Assembly: GCA_965644315.1 (NCBI GenBank)
Contig: CBFFRQ010000065.1
Span: 124,001 to 188,000 of the forward strand
Origin: Caecitellus pseudoparvulus
Taxonomy: Eukaryota > Protista > Bigyra: Bicosoecida
Length of the DNA: 64,000 nucleotides
Direction of reading: 5' to 3'
Part shown: positions 9,657-19,577 of the stretch, piece after piece
How the letters are laid out: each line of letters opens with the position of its first letter
Position numbering within the stretch: the stretch's first letter is position 1
Program-made: the position numbers and the translations under genes
The notes under the pieces: generated by a model
What the model was told of the DNA's origin: nothing
The model's database searches: none
Seen by the model: only the letters and a program-made list of their open reading frames with translations

Positions 9657-9908
9657 CTCTTTGCATGGTGGGCTACGGTTTTTTGCACTTGCTTATCTTG
9701 CTCAAATTGAAGGCGCTCCTGAGTTTGAAGCTGCGTAACAGCCTGCATGGTTTCAGGGGCAGCGCCCGGCACACGACGAACCCTTGACTGGCTGTGCTCG
9801 ATTCAACTGAGCTTGGCTAATCCCTGCTAAGAGAGGGGTGCGCCTCCCAGCTGATGGCGTGTAGCACTGCACATTGCTCCTATATCGAAGGGTGGTGAGA
9901 AAGGTGGC

Positions 9909-12900
9909 ATGGAAAGCGATGAGCGGGCGGCCGTGTCTCGAGCGTGCGGTAGAGTTTCGCATGCGTTACGTGTGCTGCTGGACGTGCTTCGTGCGCCGCC
10001 CCTGTGCAACCACAAAGAGGTCCAGCATGCCAAGAAGCTGAGCATTGACCTGGGGACAATGGTTGGTGTTGACTGGGATGAAGGCTCAACTCTTGCGCGT
10101 GTTCTGCACATTGCAGCTTCCGCATTTGCTGTGGCAAAAAGGTGTGGTCTGGCTTCAACTGCAGAGGAGGTGCAGCGAGCTGCGTTTGGATTGATCAAAG
10201 CCCGGATCACCCTGAGAGATGTGAGTTTGACTCCGGTAGAGGCCAGAATTATGGGATACGATGGCATGGCGGCCATTCCCCAGCTTCGCTTCCGCTCCGG
10301 AGGCAGAAGTGACCCGGCACTGAAGCAGGCCAACTCTATGTTTATGCGAAGCATCGCCGCTCGTTGGCGAGAAGAACTGCAACACTCACGATTTTCTGAC
10401 ACTGCAGAGGCCCTTGCAAGTGTTGCGCAGGCCGCCTCTGCAGCGTCAGCACTGCTGCGCGAGGAGCAGCATGCTAAGATGGCGAGCGTGCGCCGTTCTC
10501 TTGCTGACCGTGCTCTGGAGGCAGAATCGTCGTTCACAGCTTGGAAATCAGCAATTGCAAAGGCATCTGTTAAAGCACCACACATAGAGGCTTTGGCTCA
10601 AGCAGGGCACTTGTGGAGGCGTGCTCCAGCCGAAGTTGTGCGGCAGCTGAAGGAAGCCGGGGTGACCGTTCCAGATGAAGCTCGCGCAAGCAGCGGCATG
10701 CTTGCCATCGCATCCGGTGAAGCCCCCCCCACCCTGCATACAGTTCGAGGACAAGACATGTTCAATCGCTTTGCGGATGCGGAAGCTACTAAGGCCCTAT
10801 TCGACGCGGTTTCCGACGCTGCAGTGGCCGCAAATGAAGCTGCACAGGAACGGAAAGCTGAAGCCGAGCGCATGAGCACAGCAAGAGAGCAAGCGCACCG
10901 AGTTGAAAAGGTTCTCATGCGCTGCCTCAGGAGCCTAAGTGATGCGTGCAAGTCCTGTATTGTGAGGTTTGCATTTATGGTGGGCGGCGCGGAGGGTGGT
11001 GAACGAGCCGTCCTTGGCGGAGCATTGCTCCGTGCCCTGCTAGTTCCTATCTCGGGGATGATGAGGGGTGACACGACCAGTGTAAGTGTGTGGACTCAGT
11101 GCGAAGCTCATGTCATTGCGTGCCTGGATGCGTGGGGCAGTGTCCCTGCAACAGTTGCTCGCAAGGCCGCTCGCTCTGCTCGAAAGCACGCAGCAAGGGA
11201 GGTTGTGCAGCTGGGAACTCGGCATGTCTGGGCCAGCGAGAGCGTCCTCAGTGTGCAAGCTGCTCTTCCTGTTTTGCATGCTGTGCAGCATGTGTACGAT
11301 CAGGAGCTGCAGGCACGCGGGGCGTCCGACACCGTAGCGTATTCTGACACTGAGACACCTGAGGAGCCAGGGTCAGTGGAGCACATCTTGGCAGCGTCTG
11401 CCTCCATGAAAGACCGCATGCATGTCACCGCCTTGGGAGCCTCCCGTATGAGCACGGCCGCCATTCACTGTGAGCAACGGAGACTGAAAGCTCAAGCTGA
11501 GGTGCTGCAGCAGTGGGAAGCATCGCTGCTGAACCCAAGTGCGGTCGTCATTCAACCAGTCGATATTGTCGGACTCGTACGAGACCTATGCGCTCGGTGT
11601 GATGGACGCGACCCAGACAGCTCCGATACAGGTGCTTCCTGGGAGACTCCAGCGTTTGAGCTGCGCGTCGGCGATAGTGTGGCGGCCCCGCAAGTTGGGG
11701 CAGATGCCGCGCAAGTCGCCAACTTGCGCTTCCGGAACATCATGGGGATGTCAGCAGCCAGCGTGAGCGTGGCTTTGCTGCCTCCCCCCGACCGCCTCGC
11801 ATCAACCACAACTCTGGATCGGACGTGGCTGTCGCTTCACCGGCTCGTGGGAGCAAGGTGCACACCGGCAGAGCCGAGGTCAGACGAAGCAGAGGGTGTA
11901 GATGAGGGCTCGGCGAGTGCAAGATCTCCGAGCACTTTCTTGCGCATCAGCGTCATCAATGCTACGGGCGCCATGGAGTCCATCGCCAAGTCGCTGCGGA
12001 ATGCCATGCCTGCCCCCCTCAGCCCACCTCCAAGCCTGGACTCTTTGCTCCCCATGCACGACCTCCTGGGCACATTATTGCAAGGCAAGCGCTTGATCCA
12101 ACTTGCACCCGACCTCTCGTCTTGGGTCTGGGTTTCGGGCATGCTTCTGCAGGTTCTAGGAGCAGGCGCAGCTGGCCTTGCAGCACCTTCTCGTGAGTGG
12201 GAAGCTGCCTTTTCTCGCGTCTTGGAAGCCTGGCTGCGCTGTAGTGAGGAGTCCAGAGCAGCTAAACTGTTACAGGCGAGTTCTTATTCTCCCTCGGAAA
12301 TCAGGTCAATGTGTGCGGACTTGCTAACAAGCCTTGTTGCGTCCAGTGTGGGAGGGATGGGCTCACAGCTGTCAGCTGAGGAGGCTGTGAGGAAGGCCAG
12401 GGCTGGATCACAAGCAGCGTGGCTGGAGCTCGTAGCGGCTTTCCTTTACCACTCCCGAGGCTCTACTTCACTATGCCCACTTGGCTGCACAGAGCTCGTC
12501 GCTGCCACGGCGGGGAAGGCACACCTGCCCCAGCTCCCTGGTGGGCTGCTGTGGCACCAAGTCCGAGCTGTAGCAAAAGCTGCAGCGCAAGAGGCAAGTA
12601 CGGCTCCGGAGGCTGCTGAATTTGTCAACATTGGGAGTTGCACCCCTTCCACAGCATTCGTGGAGTGGGGGCCAGTGCCTGACGGCCCGGGAGTCTTCAC
12701 CGTTCAGCTCCGGCACCAGGAGTCAGGGAAGCAACAGTTTATCGAAGTATATCGAGGGACAGAAACGTGCACACTGCTCACAGGCCTAGAAGAAAATGCC
12801 AGGTACTCCGTAAGGGTGCGAGTGGATGAGAAGCCATGGCAGGTGGTGTCCTTCTTCACTGCGCCGAGCCCTCCATCTCCGCTGACTTTCAGCAAGCTAT

Positions 12901-14168
12901 CTCGAACAGGTCAGCTGTTCCGGCTTGAAGGCACTGTGGTCAGCAAGTCCACTGCCAGCCAACATTGCTCTGTCCATGTTCAGGTGGCAACGGTACACCC
13001 CGCCCCTTTCCAAGTTGATGGAGAGAGTCAGCGCTTCAAGGCACGGGAGGAGTACGCGACCATTCATGCTGGGCGCCGCAGGGACATCTGTGTGCATTGG
13101 ATTCCTCCAGGAACCGTCCTACGCCTCCGAGCCCAACATGTGGCTGAAAACGGTGCTGTCTCAAGGTGGACAAAGCCCGTGCAAGTCTGCGTTCCTCTGC
13201 TTCCCCCAACACTTGTTCGGCACGTTGCCAAGCGTGACCAGCTTCACTTGAGCTGGCGGCACCACGCCAGTGTCTTGGCCTGTCCAGCTGAGGTGCACAC
13301 CGAAGTCTCCACGGCAGCAGGGGGGGGCTCTGCAATTGTTGGCCCTGCCACCAAGTCAAGAGAGGTTGCAGCTGAGCTTGCAGAGGAAGTGCCAAGCGTG
13401 CCAGAGTATGACCCGCCAGACGTTTGGTTCCCACGGTTCCTGCACTTGGCATCTGGTGCTGGGCGATTCTTCTACGTGAACCTGGCAAGAGGCCAATCAT
13501 CTTTTGACCCAGCTCCCCTTAGTGTTTCAACTGCTGCGCAGGTCATTGGTTCTCAAGCGCGACTTGCAACGAAAGGCTCGGGTGCACCTGTTCGTATCCA
13601 GCCCCGCCACTCTGAGTGGATCATGGCGTGGACTGGCTCAGGTGAAGGGCAGCAGTACTATTGGTACAACACACAAACAAAAGCAAGGCAGTGGGAAGCA
13701 CCGAGGGTTCCATGTCCTGATGGACTGGACGTGTGCAAGTCCCATGCTGGACTCTGGGCTTGGGGGCTGCGAAGCGAGTTTGCTCGAGGCACGGCTGCAC
13801 AAGCTCCAGCAGCCGGCCCTGATCCCCTGCCGGAGGGCAGCAAGCCTTACCACTCGTCCGAGCAGTCAACAACGGCGCTTGGGCATGCTTTGCTACAGTG
13901 TGAGTCACCCAGACCTCCCACAATCACAGCTTCAGCCACAACACCAGCGGCTAGCTCTGCGAGCACGCCGATAGTGCAATCACGTGTTCGTGTATCGTCA
14001 GATGGCGAGCTGCTGGCTGAGTGGTCTGGCCCGGAAACAAAGTGCCGTGTCGGGCTTGCTCCAGGCGTGACGGCGAAGGTGCATATAACCACCATCGTGA
14101 CTTTGGGCACTGGAGCACAGCAGCGAGAGCTGCACAGCCTGCCATGCACCCGCACGCTCGACATGTGA
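9909..14168 (+). CDS. 1419-aa protein of unknown function: helical N-terminal region, fibronectin type III domain(s) and two WW-like domains
   Basis: Long uninterrupted ORF. FN3 pattern TPSTAFVEW...EVYRGTETCTLLTGLEENARYSVRVR. WW patterns SGAGRFFYVNLARGQSSFDPAP and EWIMAWTGSGEGQQYYWYNTQTKARQWEAP. Confidence 0.7.
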   Translation: MESDERAAVSRACGRVSHALRVLLDVLRAPPLCNHKEVQHAKKLSIDLGTMVGVDWDEGSTLARVLHIAASAFAVAKRCGLASTAEEVQRAAFGLIKARITLRDVSLTPVEARIMGYDGMAAIPQLRFRSGGRSDPALKQANSMFMRSIAARWREELQHSRFSDTAEALASVAQAASAASALLREEQHAKMASVRRSLADRALEAESSFTAWKSAIAKASVKAPHIEALAQAGHLWRRAPAEVVRQLKEAGVTVPDEARASSGMLAIASGEAPPTLHTVRGQDMFNRFADAEATKALFDAVSDAAVAANEAAQERKAEAERMSTAREQAHRVEKVLMRCLRSLSDACKSCIVRFAFMVGGAEGGERAVLGGALLRALLVPISGMMRGDTTSVSVWTQCEAHVIACLDAWGSVPATVARKAARSARKHAAREVVQLGTRHVWASESVLSVQAALPVLHAVQHVYDQELQARGASDTVAYSDTETPEEPGSVEHILAASASMKDRMHVTALGASRMSTAAIHCEQRRLKAQAEVLQQWEASLLNPSAVVIQPVDIVGLVRDLCARCDGRDPDSSDTGASWETPAFELRVGDSVAAPQVGADAAQVANLRFRNIMGMSAASVSVALLPPPDRLASTTTLDRTWLSLHRLVGARCTPAEPRSDEAEGVDEGSASARSPSTFLRISVINATGAMESIAKSLRNAMPAPLSPPPSLDSLLPMHDLLGTLLQGKRLIQLAPDLSSWVWVSGMLLQVLGAGAAGLAAPSREWEAAFSRVLEAWLRCSEESRAAKLLQASSYSPSEIRSMCADLLTSLVASSVGGMGSQLSAEEAVRKARAGSQAAWLELVAAFLYHSRGSTSLCPLGCTELVAATAGKAHLPQLPGGLLWHQVRAVAKAAAQEASTAPEAAEFVNIGSCTPSTAFVEWGPVPDGPGVFTVQLRHQESGKQQFIEVYRGTETCTLLTGLEENARYSVRVRVDEKPWQVVSFFTAPSPPSPLTFSKLSRTGQLFRLEGTVVSKSTASQHCSVHVQVATVHPAPFQVDGESQRFKAREEYATIHAGRRRDICVHWIPPGTVLRLRAQHVAENGAVSRWTKPVQVCVPLLPPTLVRHVAKRDQLHLSWRHHASVLACPAEVHTEVSTAAGGGSAIVGPATKSREVAAELAEEVPSVPEYDPPDVWFPRFLHLASGAGRFFYVNLARGQSSFDPAPLSVSTAAQVIGSQARLATKGSGAPVRIQPRHSEWIMAWTGSGEGQQYYWYNTQTKARQWEAPRVPCPDGLDVCKSHAGLWAWGLRSEFARGTAAQAPAAGPDPLPEGSKPYHSSEQSTTALGHALLQCESPRPPTITASATTPAASSASTPIVQSRVRVSSDGELLAEWSGPETKCRVGLAPGVTAKVHITTIVTLGTGAQQRELHSLPCTRTLDM

Positions 14169-14216
14169 GTGACGCTGCCAGCCGTGCAGAGGGAGACCAT
14201 GCATTGCTCTGCCGGC

Positions 14217-15924
14217 CTACTGGGGAAGAGGCAGGGTGGGGATGTCTTTGAACTTGAGAGTGGACAAGTCAGAGCCGGGCATGGCATACCCTTGTGCCAT
14301 GGAGTTCACCTCAGCACGCAGGGCTGCCACCTTGGGCGCCCACGCCTCCGAGGCCATGGTGGCTCGGAAGTCCACGAGTTTCTTGGACGGCGCTGCAGCT
14401 TGGATCGCCACCGTCAATTGCACAGCCTTGTGCAGGAACTGTGCCACCTTCACGAAGTCTTCCTCGACCAGGCCTCGGGAGGTCAGGGCCGGCGAGCCGA
14501 TGCGCACGCCCCCTGGGGACAGCGCAGACCGGTCCCCTGGCACTGCGTTCTTGTTCAGGGTAATGCACACAGCATCAGTCAGCGTCTCCAGCTTGCTGCC
14601 AGTGATGCCCACTGGCCGCAAGTCCCACAGCACCAGGTGGTTGTCTGTCCCCCCGGTGACCAAGGTGTACCCCATGTCCACAAGCGCGCCTGCCATGGCA
14701 GTGGCGTTGGCCTTGACTTGCTTGGCGTAGGCCTTGAAGGCAGGCGTGGCCACCTGCTTCAGCTGGGTTGCAACCGCAGCAATCTGGTGCTGGTGCGGGC
14801 CGCCCTGCAGGGCGGGGAAGACAGCCATGTTAATCTTGGTCTCGAAGCCCCGGGCGTCGCGGCGGAAGAAGATCATGCCAGAGCGAGGCCCGCGCAGGGT
14901 CTTGTGGGTGGTCGTCGTGACGATGTCGGCGTAAGCAAAGGGGGAGTCCACCTCCCCCGTGGCAACAAGGCCTGACACGTGGCTCATGTCGCACATGAGC
15001 AAGGAGCCGTTGGCGTCGGCGATGGCCCGGAAGCGGGCGTAGTCCCACTCCCTCGCGTAAGCGGAGCCGCCACAGATGATCATTGCTGGCTTGTACACTG
15101 CCGCAGACGCCTCCAAGCCGTCATAGTCGATGAGGCCGGTGGCCTTGTCCACCTTGTACGGCAGGGACTCGAAGAAGATGGAGGTGGCACTGATGTTCTT
15201 CTTGGTGCCTTCCTTCTTGCTGTACGTGTAGTAGCCATGCGTCAGGTGGCCACCAGAGGGCAAGTCCAGCCCCATGATGCGGTCGTGAGGCTTGAGCAGG
15301 GCGGTGTACACGGCGAAGTTGGCAGGGGAGCCTGCGCATGAGAGGCGAGACCTCCATTGCACGCGGTCCGTCGCAGACGGCCCTGGCGCTACCCACCGGA
15401 ATAAGGCTGCACATTTACGCCCCACTCGTCCGCAGAGAGTCCATAAGCAGCCAGAGCCCGTGTTTGGGCCAGCCTCTCAACCTGCACACAGCGCAGGTCA
15501 GGCTCCGTGGAACCAGCCAAGCCAGCGGAAATTGCGCCAGTTGCCGCACCTGGTCAATGAACTCATTGCCGCCGTAGTACCGGTCCCCTGGGAGGCCCTC
15601 CGCGTACTTGTTGGTGAGTGCTGATCCCAGGCACTCCATGACAGCGCGGGAAGTGAAGTTCTGCAGCAGCCCCGGGCCAATCAGTGACAGCGAGGGTTGA
15701 AGCCTGAGGCTGGGCAAAGCTGGTGACGTACCTCGGATGCGATGAGCTCGAGGCCAGAAGCTTGACGCGTGCGCTCAGCTTCAATGAGGTCGTACAGCTC
15801 CGGGTCGTGCTCTTGAAGGGGCACATTGCAGGCCTGCACAGGCAAAGCAGGGGGGTGTAGCAACCTGGACACGGACCGCCGCTCAGTGCCTGCGCACCTC
15901 AGCAGCAGAGATGGCGGCGGCCAT
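14217..15924 (-). CDS. SHMT: Serine hydroxymethyltransferase, probably cytosolic; 5 exons
   Basis: Spliced reading MAAAISAAE|[17 protein letters not shown]...LELIASE|NFTS...[21 protein letters not shown]|[10 protein letters not shown]...WGVNVQPYS|GSPANFAVY. Motifs [22 protein letters not shown] (PLP Lys), [16 protein letters not shown]. No transit peptide. Confidence 0.97.
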
Positions 15925-16309
15925 GGTGAGAAAGGGGGAAGCTTGTTGCGACAGGGTACCTCGTTACACATGCGGTGGGGACGTCCGAACATGTGGGAGT
16001 CGGCAGGTGTAGAAAGTGCGCAGAGGGGGAGTTTTACCGTCCACCCTGGCCAGCCCAAATTCCGCATTTCACCACCGGCAGTGCTCACTCAGGCGCAGTG
16101 GCACGGCGCGGCCAACTTTCGCTTGTCACCAAACAACCTGCGTCGCGTTCACTGTTCTGTCCCAACAGCTGCAGCTGGCTGATCGTGCGTTCCTGCGAGT
16201 CCCTGCCCTTGCTTCAGCATGATTGCCTCACTGGCGCTGCCAGCTGCCTGCCTCGTCGAAACTCCCGCCACATCCCCCCCCTCTCACAGCGCCCCCCATA
16301 AGACGCATC

Positions 16310-16814
16310 ATGTCTCTCGCTGTCGCCCGCCTCGGCCGTGCAATGGCCATGAGTGCGTCTGCCGCCCTAGCCCTCTCTGCCAGCCTGATCCACACGAACT
16401 GTTTCCCGTGCACTGCACAGCTGCCTCCCGTGGCACTCGCGCCTTGTCTGCTGCTGCTGCTGCTGACGCAGAGCATGCCAAGTGGATGAAGGAGTACGTG
16501 CATGTAGTGTTTCGTGGCTCACGAGGCCCAATTGTCTCGCTGCCCTTCATGGGGCTGGTTTTTGGAGCTGACGTGCACGGGATGGGCCCTGAGCAATTCC
16601 GCACCGCGCTGCCTGGGCTGCTCACCCGCCTCACTCCTCCGCTGCTCTTTCTTGCCTCAGAACTGTGGGCAAGTACGAAGTCAAGGATATCCACAACTTC
16701 GAGTTCTCTGTCGAGTTCTTGCTGGGTATCCCTGTGCCCCACCATCAGTTCGAGCAGCCCCCCATCCTGGTTGAGGTGTCCAACAGGAACGCTGACATCG
16801 ACATGTCCCACTAA
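16310..16814 (+). CDS. Nucleus-encoded C-terminal fragment of cytochrome c oxidase subunit 1 (Cox1-c) with mitochondrial presequence; exons 16310-16352, 16421-16493, 16661-16814; 89 aa
   Basis: Phase-compatible GT-AG introns give MSLAVARLGRAMAMTASRGTRALSAAAAADAEHAKWMKETVGKYEVKDIHNFEFSVEFLLGIPVPHHQFEQPPILVEVSNRNADIDMSH*. The N-terminus is Arg/Ala/Ser-rich and acid-free. SVEFLLGIPVPHHQFEQPP resembles the Cox1 tail consensus (S/T)LEWxLxSPPxxHxFxxPP. The ORF track misses this gene. Confidence 0.8.
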
Positions 16815-17135
16815 GCCCCCCCCCCGCCTCGGCAGCCTTGTCGGTCCAAATTCATCTCAATGGCCTGCGTTTGTGCCGGCTGAGCACCATCCCAGGGGCA
16901 CTGATGGTGTTGGGCATCAGCACGTGATCAACGCCACTCTCTGCATCCCGTGTTTGCAAGTCACTCGGCTAAGTCTGCCAAATCCTACATCCAGATTCAT
17001 GTGTCCGTAATCCGCTCATCTCCCTGCTTCTCGTTGACAGCTCCTATTTCTCGCTGGCACTTGATTGCTGAGTCCTTGCCGCAAGGTCCAGCGCGGAAAT
17101 TGAATCCAACCCCACACCGGGGAGCTGCATCGGCC

Positions 17136-18740
17136 ATGTGGACTGCCCTTCTGGAATGGATTGCTTCGCTGGGGGTGCCTGACACATTTGCACTCCCTGT
17201 TTCCGTCGCCGTTGTCTTGGTTGCAGGCCTTGTTTGTGCCCTGCTGTTGCTCGGCGGCATGATTGCCGGCGTGACGCTGTACATGGTCTGTGGCAAGCCA
17301 ACCCTGCCTGGGCCGCCTTTCGGCACCATGGGGCAGCGCTTCAAGCAACGACGAGAAAAAGTGTTTGTGGAGGTCTTGCAGGAAGTTGGTGCCTTGAGCA
17401 CGATTTTTGAAGGCTGGCTGGTCACGGCAGACCCCGCCTTGGTGAAGGATCTGCTGAACAGCAAGGTGCACACGGAGCACCGCTCACGGCTGTACAAGTG
17501 GTCCAAGTGGCTGCTCCCAGGTCTGCATGGCGTGCTGAACATGGACGGGGAGGAGTGGCTGCGCCACACACGGGCACTCCTGCAGGTGTTCCACTCCAGC
17601 CACATCTCCCAGCAAAGCCACATCGTCGCAGCCGCCGTGACTCGGCACACGCAAGCCTGGCTCAGGGGCGTCACCGCAACGCGGGGCGTGTTACCGCATG
17701 TTGACTCTCGTGTAGCACCTGCTCCCCCCGCGGCCACAGGGGGGCCCTGCCTGCTCACTGCCATCCGCGGCATCGGCATGGACGCCATCCTCTCCATCGG
17801 CTTCGGCTTGCAGCCAGGCACAGACCTGGCAGACGCGCTTGCCAAAGACATGTCTCTGTACCCTGAGCTGGTGGGCAACTTCTCCCAACTGTCCCTGGCG
17901 CGTGTGCTGGACTTCCTGGAGCTGCAGCGCTGCACCGCCCGCATTCAAAGCCTGACGGCCAAAGCGCTTGGGCAGCTGCCCACCGCTGACGAAGCTGATC
18001 GAGAGCCCTCCAAGTATAATTTCCTCAGCCAGATGGCAGGGGCAAAGTTCTCCCTCCTGGAAACCGCCCGGGAGGTGAACCACATCCACGGGGCACACAA
18101 AGCAGCCTCCTTCGTCGTCACATGCGCCCTGCACACTCTCACCCGGCACCCGCAGTGGATCCAGCGCCTGCGAGGCGAGTGGATGCAGGTGCTTGGCGGT
18201 GGTTCCCCTGACCCTGCCCAGCAGCGCCACCCGACGTTTGCTGACACGGAGCGCATGCCTCTGAGCATGGCGGTGATCGCCGAGTGCCTCCGCCTGCACG
18301 TTGTTTCACTGGGCGTCGTGCGGCAGACAGGTGCGCCGCTGACCGTGCAGGGCAAGACGATGCCCGCCGGCACTGAAGTGGTCATCCTCTTGCAGGCCCT
18401 GCACACGCACCCCCAGTTCTGGGGGGAAGACGCAGAGCACTTCGATCCAAACCGCTTCCTTCAGGATGGCAAGTGTGACGTGGGCCCCTTTGAGCGCAAG
18501 TTCACATACATCCCCTTCCTTCGTGGTCGCCGCATGTGTGCTGGCAAGGCCTTGGCGGAGTTGGAGCTGCTCGTGGTCCTGCATGGCGTGTTGAGCACAG
18601 TTGACATGAAGGTGGGCGGAGGGGAGCACCTCCTGTTGAAAGATGACATGTACGCTGCATTAGATGAAACCTTACCATTCACCGTCACGCCGCTCACCAC
18701 ACTGGACGCGCCGTGCGCCAGCGGACCTGCAACGCCATGA
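17136..18740 (+). CDS. Cytochrome P450, membrane-anchored, with atypical I-helix
   Basis: N-terminal TM helix followed by PTLPGPP; GEEWLRHTR (WxxxR-like); AECLR (ExxR); FDPNRF (PERF); PFLRGRRMCAG (heme Cys). Confidence 0.93.
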   Translation: MWTALLEWIASLGVPDTFALPVSVAVVLVAGLVCALLLLGGMIAGVTLYMVCGKPTLPGPPFGTMGQRFKQRREKVFVEVLQEVGALSTIFEGWLVTADPALVKDLLNSKVHTEHRSRLYKWSKWLLPGLHGVLNMDGEEWLRHTRALLQVFHSSHISQQSHIVAAAVTRHTQAWLRGVTATRGVLPHVDSRVAPAPPAATGGPCLLTAIRGIGMDAILSIGFGLQPGTDLADALAKDMSLYPELVGNFSQLSLARVLDFLELQRCTARIQSLTAKALGQLPTADEADREPSKYNFLSQMAGAKFSLLETAREVNHIHGAHKAASFVVTCALHTLTRHPQWIQRLRGEWMQVLGGGSPDPAQQRHPTFADTERMPLSMAVIAECLRLHVVSLGVVRQTGAPLTVQGKTMPAGTEVVILLQALHTHPQFWGEDAEHFDPNRFLQDGKCDVGPFERKFTYIPFLRGRRMCAGKALAELELLVVLHGVLSTVDMKVGGGEHLLLKDDMYAALDETLPFTVTPLTTLDAPCASGPATP

Positions 18741-18744
18741 CCGC

Positions 18745-19413
18745 CTACTGGGGCTTCATGCCGCCCATGAATGTGGCGGCGTCAGGGACAGCCCCGTTGA
18801 CTTCCGCGCCGCTGAAGTCAAAGCCGGGATTTTCCCGCTGGAACCTCTCCAACAGAATTGCTTTCTTGTCGGCCTCAGCTGTGGCTGCGTCTGAGGGCAG
18901 GTGCGGCGGCGCAGGGTTCGGAGCAATGCAACTCGGGACACCGTGTTGTTGCAGGCACGGACCCAGAGCTTCGTGACCTAGGAAGGCAGCGTCCCATGTC
19001 TTGCCTTCGGTTGCCTTTTGGAGCACCAAGTTCAGTTCCCCGTCACCTGTGGCAACGCAGTGCAAGCTGCCGAGCCAGCTGTGCAGAGCCGCTCACAGGG
19101 CTTACTCACTGAAGGTCCAGGTGCTGAGGTCAACGTCAATGGTTGCGAAGGGCTTAGCATCCAGAAAGGGGGGGTTGCCTTTCAGCCCCACCTGCACAGC
19201 ATTGGCCTTCAGAGTCACTGCGAGGTGCTTGGCCGTGACGCCTGCTGGGGGATTGATCACGACGGTCACATCCTCCAGCGTCTGCTCCCAGCTGTACACT
19301 TCCTTGCCTGCTCGCAAGTAAGACGAGCACAGTGGCCGCAGTTTGTGGAACGCTCAATCCCTCACGTGCGGCATCTCACCTCCACTTTTGAATACATGCC
19401 GTTGGGCGGCCAT
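18745..19413 (-). CDS. NudC/CS-domain co-chaperone (NUDCD2-like), spliced
   Basis: MAAQRHVFKSG|GKEVYSWEQTLEDVTVVI...DLSTWTF; GELNLVLQKA...W; C-terminal LLERFQRENPGFDFSGAEVNG typical of NudC-family proteins. Confidence 0.88.
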
Positions 19414-19577
19414 GTTTCTCTCGGCCTGCAGCACCAATTTCCGCACGCGCCCGTCCAGCGAGCAGCCCACAGAACGGCAGCGGTGAACCCTGCAGTGATC
19501 CAAAGAACAAAAGCAAAGGGCACTGTGCAGTAAGTACGATGCACACTCACATGAATGTCGGGCAGCTGAATTGTGCT

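Noticed and set aside
16219-17135. 263-aa ORF 16219-17010 and the extended P450 start at 16950
   Set aside because: The first reads through the introns of the Cox1-c gene. The P450 more plausibly starts at ATG 17136, just before its membrane anchor.
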